Below, one piece after another: positions 56,312 to 64,000 of a stretch of DNA of 64,000 nucleotides (positions within the stretch are counted from its first letter, which is position 1; each line of letters starts with the position of its first letter). This stretch comes from the human T2T-CHM13v2.0 reference genome, Homo sapiens. The notes below the pieces were generated by a model, which saw only the letters and a list, made by a program, of their open reading frames with translations, did not search any database and was not told the origin of the DNA. The DNA is taken from the NCBI RefSeq assembly GCF_009914755.1, contig NC_060944.1; one strand, 5' to 3'. The translations under genes were made by a program, and so were the position numbers.

Positions 56312-59300
56312 GATGGGTCTAAACTTGGATGGTTAACAAATATGGAATATATCTTTAGAATAACAGATTATTCTCTGATTCAGAAAGAATGTACAACATA
56401 AAATCCAAAATAGATGGCCCCATGCTAACTGAAACCAGTATTCAAGCTAGCTCTTTACAATTTAAAAGGAAATTGGAATTTGAGATGGGACAGGCGTTTT
56501 TCATTGGAGATGTTTTGAATGGAAGCATCAAGATCTCCAAAAACGTACTTCTCACTTTTTAAAGGCTTTTGTTTATACCTAACACTAAACTGATGCTAGA
56601 TTGAAACATCAATTGACAACCTGGTCTGTCAATGAAGAATGTTCAACTTACATGTAAATACATGTACAAACATGGGCCTTCTATTCAGTCAGTCTCAATT
56701 GAAAACTTTCTTCTCAAAATTCACTCTAATATGGGGATTGTGTTTATTTATGGGTGACAGCTAATTTGCTTTCTTCCTGTAATAAAATAATTAAAATACT
56801 TTGCTCTACGAGTTGTATTTTTTCAGGGTGATCCTTTCATTAAAAGTCATTTAATATCCTTCTGTTCTGTTATCTGCTACATTTCAACTTTTGTGTTTTC
56901 TCTGCTCTCCTTGTCTTCTGTCATATTTCTCATTAAATTTCCCCTTTTTGTCCTTTTGTTATGATGGCTTATTTTCTGCCCTAAAACAAGCTTTGAACTT
57001 AAAAACCTGAAAAGCATTTTATTTGGAATAAAAGAATCCACAGTGTCACACATTTGTCAGCTAATGTGTTCCTGCCTATGCTTTGTTTTAATTTTTCAGA
57101 GTGATTGTTTATGAACGAGGCCTTTGGTTTCTTGGAGGCTGGTTTGGTCTTTCTACCCATTCTTCACAGAAAACGGTAATCCTCTGATAACATAATCATC
57201 ACTGTAGCAACCGGAGGCGATGTCACAAACAGGATTATGACTTAAGAGCCCAGATTTGCATCTCACACCCACTACTTACGCGCCAGGCGCCTCTTTGGAC
57301 GCCACTCCACAGCCTCGTGTGTTAAGAGGCACACAAGAGCTGCCTGATTGGCCCCCAAGCTGAGAACCGGGAGCCGGAGGAAATCATAGCGAAATCTCAA
57401 CCTGATGTAGCCCCATCAGCATCACACACACACTCAGAGCAAAATGGCCTGCTCTTCAATGTAGCTTAGTTTAGTTCAATTGTCCTGCCCACCCCCTCCT
57501 GACCCTCCTGCCGCTGAGGGGTGGTATTTGAAAGAACAGGTGAGTGCTTCATAGGTGCCGGGTTCGTGATCTAATTCTGGGTTCCTCAATCTATTAACAG
57601 CTTGGGAAGAACAGATCAGAGGACTGATGCTCACCTGGGTTTGGATTCCTCCTTTAGCCTTTGACAAGTTACTTAACTGAGTAAATCCTCAATTTTCACC
57701 ATGATAAAGGAAAGATGGTGTGTGACTATTATGTTTTTATTCCGGATTGAAATACTCAGTGTATTCATAAGGCCAGTGAAGGCAGCACAGGGAAGTTAGT
57801 GTGGGCTGGTGCTGTGCTCATCAAGTCCACAGACACCTTAGGGGTTGTCAGGGTATTATCTGGGTCTTCTGGGTATCCCAGTGGTTTGGTTGGCGATTGT
57901 TCACCCATTTCACAGATGGCAAAACTGAGGCTTATGGAGTTTCCTGTGATGCTCCAGTTCACAGAGCTAAAAGGAGTAGAGTGATGGCTCAGACGCGGGC
58001 CTCCCAGCTCAAGTTCTGTGCTCTGGATGGAAAGTCAGGGTGACCCTGAAGGACGGGGCAGCTGTGCAGGGACAGGATAGGCCCATCCTGGAAGGCTCAT
58101 TGGCTGAGGGAAAGAGGGTACAGGGGAAATAATTCCCTTTCATCCATCCATCCCCATTATTGCTCCTAAACTTCCCTTCCACCTCCAGCTTCTTTCCTCT
58201 CTTCTCCTTGGGACAGCAACAGCACAGAGAGTGGGCCGCCATCTCTTACTGCCCACTCAACCGTTGCTGGGGACTGATTCTTTCAGCTCTACATAGAATT
58301 CAAGAACTATATTTGGATCTGCTTCAGAGCAGTAATCCCCACAGCCTTAAAACATGCAAAATAAAAATAAATTAATCATCCATCAGCATTTTATGGTACA
58401 TTTATAATTTTATTTAAATGTTTAATATCATAAAACAAGCTTGGCTCATGGAGAAAACTGTTGATTTCATGAGAAGAAATTGCTCTCTTTTAAACGAAAG
58501 TAAATACTCTTTAGGGCATCCCCAGATAGGAAATGAAGATGAAGGAAGCTGTTCCCAAGTTGGCCAAATCTGGCAATTATTCTCTCAAAGACAGCAATGT
58601 GTCACAGCAAAATGCGACAATTCCCTCAAGTGACCAGTGGGACTGATTTATGAGCAAAAGCAAAGACATTGTTCCCCCAAACGACTTTTGAGTTACTAAC
58701 TCCCTGAGAGGGAAGATCATGGAAGGAGGGGGACCCAGGAGGCTCAGGGGTCCAGACCAGCTCTGAGAAGGACCTGTCTTTCACCTTTCCTCAAGGTTCT
58801 GTTATTTTGAATGGCAGATCACCATCACTTTCAAGGCCTGGCCTTGTTCTCTGATTGGTCATTCTTAGAGAGAGATAGGTTGCCCATTAAGACCCATTGT
58901 TCTGACTCTGAAATGAAAGAAAATGAAGCAATTAACATCTTGGCAGTGGGCAGAATTAATCATGCTTGACCATTTTTATTTAAGTTCTCCCCCAAAATGC
59001 AGCACCGAAGGGCACTTATTAGTTCACACAAAGAGGCATCTCTGAACAGCAAACACTCAATTATTTCGATGTTTACTGTTGAGAAAACTGCAAAAGAAAA
59101 TATGCATTCAACAGACACATTCTGAAAGGTCTTTAAAAATGAGGCTATTTTCACAGTTTCTAAGGCATATCCTATAATTTTGTTTTTTAATCATTGCAAC
59201 CTACTGGATTCAATATTAGATTCTTATTTCTACCTCTCCAAACCCTCATCATAGTCTTCTGGCCATTCAGCAAAATACATTACTTTGCAAAGCTGAATGT

Positions 59301-59441
59301 AAGCATAGACATCTTACATTCAGCTTTGCAATGTCTTACCTCCACTGTCACAAAATTAGGTAGCACCTCAGATCAGGTGAAGGAAAAATGACACATCGGA
59401 TTTGTAGACTGTCTTCCTCTCTCCCATGACCACAGTGGTCA

Positions 59442-59892
59442 AGTGGTTGCATTGATTACCTGATTAATGGCCTCCTTGTATTCCTGTCCCACTGGACTCT
59501 TGGCTCGCTCAGCCAGGGGGCTTTCTTTGGCCAATGGATGTTAGCAAATGTGACCCAAGCCAAGTTCTGAAAAGATATTCACTCTCTTTGACCTCTGCCA
59601 CCACCGAGAGAACATACTCAGGGTTGCTTGACAGAAAAATAATCTAAAAGATATCTAGAGGAGAACGGACTGGCCTCCAGAGCCACCCTGGACCAGCAGC
59701 CCCCAACCAGCATGCAGCTGATTGCAGCACAGCGAGCCACCCCAGTAGAGGCAGCTGAGCCTGGCTCAGATCAGCAGAACTGCCCAGCCAATCCAAAACT
59801 CAAAGAAAAATAGTGAATGGTAGTTCTTTCAAGCCATTCAGTGTTGGGGTAATTTGTTATGTGGCACTATAGAGGCAATAGGTAGCTGATAC
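59442..59892 (+). mobile_element. MLT1H-like LTR
   Basis: 'tttggccaatggatgttagcaaatgtgac...cagatcagcagaactgcccagcc...ggggtaatttgttatgtggc...gtagctgataca'. Confidence 0.75.
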
Positions 59893-62743
59893 AAACCTAA
59901 CCCCAGCTGCCATTCATTAAGCACATGTTATGTGTCAGGGATGGCGCCTTGTAAAGTTGACACTTTACAGACTCAACTCTGATCTGCCCAGTGATGCCAC
60001 CAGTCAGGTGTCATTATTCTCATTTATATAGATAAGGACACATGCCTTACACAGTAGAGTTTAGTAAGCATGTGAGAAGCTATGTTTGGACCCACAGCAG
60101 TCCCCTCTTCCCTCAAGTTACCTGCCTCCACCATGACAGTTTGCCCTGAATCCCTGGCTCTGGTGCCCCACCCTGAGCATAAACAGGTCATCATGTGAAT
60201 ACCAACAAACTCATGTTGACCAGGAAGGACTAAGCCATGCCTCTGAACTGCTGACACGTCATGTGACCTGTTCTGGAAATGCTATATGGGCATGAGCAAA
60301 GCCCACCTTGAATGTCTAAAAATAAACATGAGCCAGGAGTTCCTATCTGCAGCCACTCATCAGCATTTTATCCTCCCAGCTCACCCACTCATCACACTGT
60401 AAAATGGGATTGCTCCGAACAAACCCATACAAGGCAGATGTCCAGCCCACCACTCATGCCCAATGATGGGGGAAGCGACGGTCACTCTCCCACAGCAGGC
60501 CTCTCCCTGAGATCACCCTGTTCTGGCATAAATAGAGTGTACCTGTGATGGACCAAATTCATCCAGCTCTCGTTCTGGATGTCCTCCTAGCAGAAGCTGG
60601 CTACTCTTAGCTGAATTCTGCTTTGTTCCCTAATAGGCACTGGCCTGGATGCCATGAAAGGGCCAGGAGCTTGCCAGTCCTCCTCACTGTATCTGCAGCT
60701 TTAAGCATGATAAGAAATACAACAAGTGTTTGTAGACAATGAATGGTCTAAATGTACATATGGGGAGTTCTACGAGCAATGCATCACAATTCCAGCACAC
60801 ACTTATTTGCATCTATTAATGTTTCTTGACTTTGGTTGCACACTAGAATCATCTGAGCTGTTCTGAAAAGCACAAACACACAGCCCCCATCCTGGAGCAA
60901 CAAAACATCCTGGGCTATTTGAAGGATTCCTGAGTAGAGCTATTGCTTGAATTCTCTCTGGGTCAATCTGATGTGCAGCGAGGGTTGACGGCTACCCTTC
61001 TCTCCTATTTCAATTTAAACACAGAATTTTAGCCAACTCCTTTCTAACCCTCATGATGTGATGTCATCTCTCCAGGGAGATCTTGCATAGTGTTCCCAGG
61101 AGAAGGCCCAGCAAAACTTGCGGCAAGAGGAAGTAAAAATCCTGCCCCCACCCCTTCTATACATGCCTGCAGGTGGCTTCACAAACTTGTTTTCCCTGCA
61201 GCTGCTTGCACATGTAACAGCTTCCAGGATAACCAATGAGCTGGAACCAGTAAGATGTGGCTGGGGAAGGGGGCTTCTCATCTGTCAGCTGGGGAGCCTC
61301 ATGGGGCCTTACATGGACTCAGCTTCTTACCAGTTCCAGAAGAGCACCCAAACGGCCCTGGGATTTTCAACTCTGAAGCATAAGGTGGGAACCCGGCAGC
61401 AGGCTGGACCCTCTGGCCCCCCTCCCTGTTGTCCTCCATGAGCTCCCAGTCCCGTTCATATCAGAGCAAAACCACAGCTGGTGGGACTTAGCGGATTTTG
61501 ACAGCATGTTGATTATGAATATTGTCCCTTTCAGGCAAGTTAATGAAGCACCCAATTCACACCAGCTTTTATCTGTCAGAGAAACACCAGCAAGCAAGGT
61601 AGAGACAACAAGCCAAACCCTGATGTGCAAGTATGAACTTCATGTTAATTAGGAATCGGAAGAATGTGTGGGTTTCTCTAATGCACTCATCATACGAAGC
61701 CAGCTGATTCAAATGCTCTCAACCTGAGCTTCGGGTCATTTGTGTTAGCTGTAAGGCCATCTGAGGCAGATGCATTGAACCTGACCTTGAGAGTATCCTT
61801 GACCACTGGACCAAGAGGCCAGAGACTCTACAAGTGTGCTCAGGCCAGATGGCTAACTCAACTAGTGCCTGGCAGGAAGACTCAAGATGCCAGCTTCTCC
61901 CCTAAACCATGTGAACATTCAACCATTTTAAACTATAAAAACAGCAATTTCAACCAAAACACTGGACCTTTGCCTATTTTACTGGAAGTTTCTCTCTTAG
62001 AGTATGATGAAAAGAGGATTGGTTGTAAGAGACCTGGCTGCAAGGCTCACCTCCACTAAGTAGCCATAGACATTTTGGCCACTAATGTGCTGTGAGTCAC
62101 CTTATTCCTCTGGTCCACAGCTTCTTCATCTGGGAAAGGAAGACATTGGATTGTAAAGTAAGAATAGCCCACATTTTTTAGCATTTGCAATATGCTAGGC
62201 AATGTGCTAATTGCTTGATTATTAAAGAGACAATTAACATTGAAAAGTAGTTATTAACGCTTCAACACCCCAGCAGGTGGAGATCGTCATTAATCCCATT
62301 TATCAGATTGGGTCATTGAGCTCAGGATGGTGCATGTGCTGCGTCTGAAAGGCTGGGGTCTGGTGCTCGCTTCTGGGCTGTTGATGACTGGGTTCAGATG
62401 CATCATTGTGCATGCCTTTCTTAGCAGAGGATTTCTTCCCGCTCTGCTATGGACAATTTACTGCTTTACAGTCTTTTCACCAGAGACCACTCACTGGCAG
62501 TGGCATTTGTAGAAAGTAGCCTCTAAGCTGCAAAGCCCTGCCTGTCACCAGACCTACGTAGAGGGATTCCCACTTGCTTTATGATGTCCAGAGTGCTCCT
62601 CGTGTTGCCCTGTGGGTTTTATTTTCCTGTTTTCCACTGGATATGGTCAACTGGCATTTACCATGAATTCCCAGCTCCTCCACAAGTTCTTCTTGTACTG
62701 CTAAGACTGAAAACTTAAACAATACATTTTCTACAATCTCTTA

Positions 62744-63303
62744 TGTGGTGAGCAGATAGAAACGTGGTCCCCAGTGATCCCCACCCCCTGGTATTCATGC
62801 CCCTGTGGAATCCTGCACCCCTGTCAGTGTGAGGTGAGCTAGTGACATGTTCTAGCCAATAGGATGATGGGATGACATGTGTAATTAAGGGGATAAGATG
62901 TCACTTCCTTGATTAGCTTACAAGAGATTGTAACCTCCATCTTGCCAGCAGACTCTCTGGCCATCTCAGCTTCCAGGATGTAAGCCCTCACATTGCAGAG
63001 GTCCCTGTGGTAAGGAACTGGAGTGGAGGGTGGCTCTGCACAACAGCCAGCAAGGAACTGAGGCTTCTGTCACCCCTGGAGCAACTGAGCTCACCAACAA
63101 CCCGAGTGAGCTTGGAAGCAGAGTTTTCCCCAGTTGGGCTTTCAGATGAGACCCCAGCCCCAACTAAGGCACCATGATGGTAGCCACAGGAGACATGGGA
63201 CACAGCCAAGCCCACCTGGATCCCTGATCCACAGAAATTGTAAGACGATAAATGTGTACCAAGTTTGCTGTAATCTGTTAGGCAGTAACAGGTCACAAAC
63301 ACA
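62744..63303 (+). mobile_element. MLT1F-like LTR
   Basis: 'tggtccccagtgatccccaccccctggtattcatgccc...aacagccagcaaggaactgagg...gagtgagcttggaagcag...cctgatccacagaaattgtaagacgataaatgtg'. Confidence 0.8.
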
Positions 63304-64000
63304 CCTTCACCCACAGATGAGATTGAGTTCTGTCAAGCAGAAAGACACTTCCCAGGGGGATATGGAAGAAATGAGGCCATCTCCTGGCTTCCCATGGCTG
63401 ATTCTGCCAGCACCAGCACCTGTGTCAGGCCACCAGCTGAGCAGGTGTGGAGATGACATTACAGCCTCCATAGCTGCATGATGCTGTCTGGGTGTCCTCA
63501 TAGTTACAATGGTGGCAGCAGATTCCTGAGCCCCATTGCCCAACCAAGAGACGTCCGTTTTCATGTATTGTTGGGATCGATAGTTCCATGGCAGTCTCCT
63601 GATTCCTCACTTTCCTGATGGTGGAAGAGATGGCAGCTGCCTGGCAGGTCATTCTGCAGTGCACACTCACTCTGCAAGGTGGCACATCTCTGCATCTCCA
63701 GAGTCCACTTCTCCTTCATCTGGTAATTTCATGAGCACCTGATTCCCTGTATTCAGCCACTTTCACCTCAAGTAGTTTCTGTTTCCTGCACAGAGCCCTG
63801 ATGGATCCACCTGGTATCTTGATTGTTTCCTAGAAAGTGAAGAAAGTCCTTCAATTTTCTCACCACATACCTGAGTGCTTTTTCTCAGTGAGAATTCAAG
63901 AGACTTTGAATCTTGGCCAAACACAAATTAGACAACATAATCCTACCTCAAATACATATGGGGCTCTATCATTTACCAAGCTGCAGAACTCCTTTCTTTT

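Overview
Primate, very probably human, non-coding genomic DNA. It carries Alu (J/S/Y-type), L1PA/PB/M, L2, L3/CR1, MIR, MER DNA transposons and THE1/MST/MLT1/MER57/LTR47-type solo LTRs, with unique stretches rich in homeodomain-type motifs between them, as in a gene desert or large intron. I find no supportable protein-coding gene, rRNA, tRNA or CRISPR array. The long ORFs come from VNTRs, microsatellites, Alus or decayed LINE ORF2. I cannot assign the locus. The structure least explained by known repeats is a local rearrangement cluster at ~42.9-47.4 kb. Three largely unique segments each occur twice there: a 96-bp direct pair (95/96 identical), a ~315-bp direct pair (~90%) and a ~315-bp inverted pair (~90%). 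The junctions show fold-back and micro-templated sequence, and the inverted pair brackets a ~1.5-kb candidate enhancer with a PBX/HOX motif and a perfect HES/HEY palindrome. Other highlights are an L1PA insertion with both a twin-priming inversion and an apparent 3' transduction, and three VNTRs that each multiply one transcription-factor motif (EGR/KLF, ZEB/SNAI E-box, GATA). Repeat subfamily names come from recalled consensus sequences, identities were counted by eye, and boundaries of old repeats are approximate. I see no convincing new 'system' beyond these structural and regulatory hypotheses.
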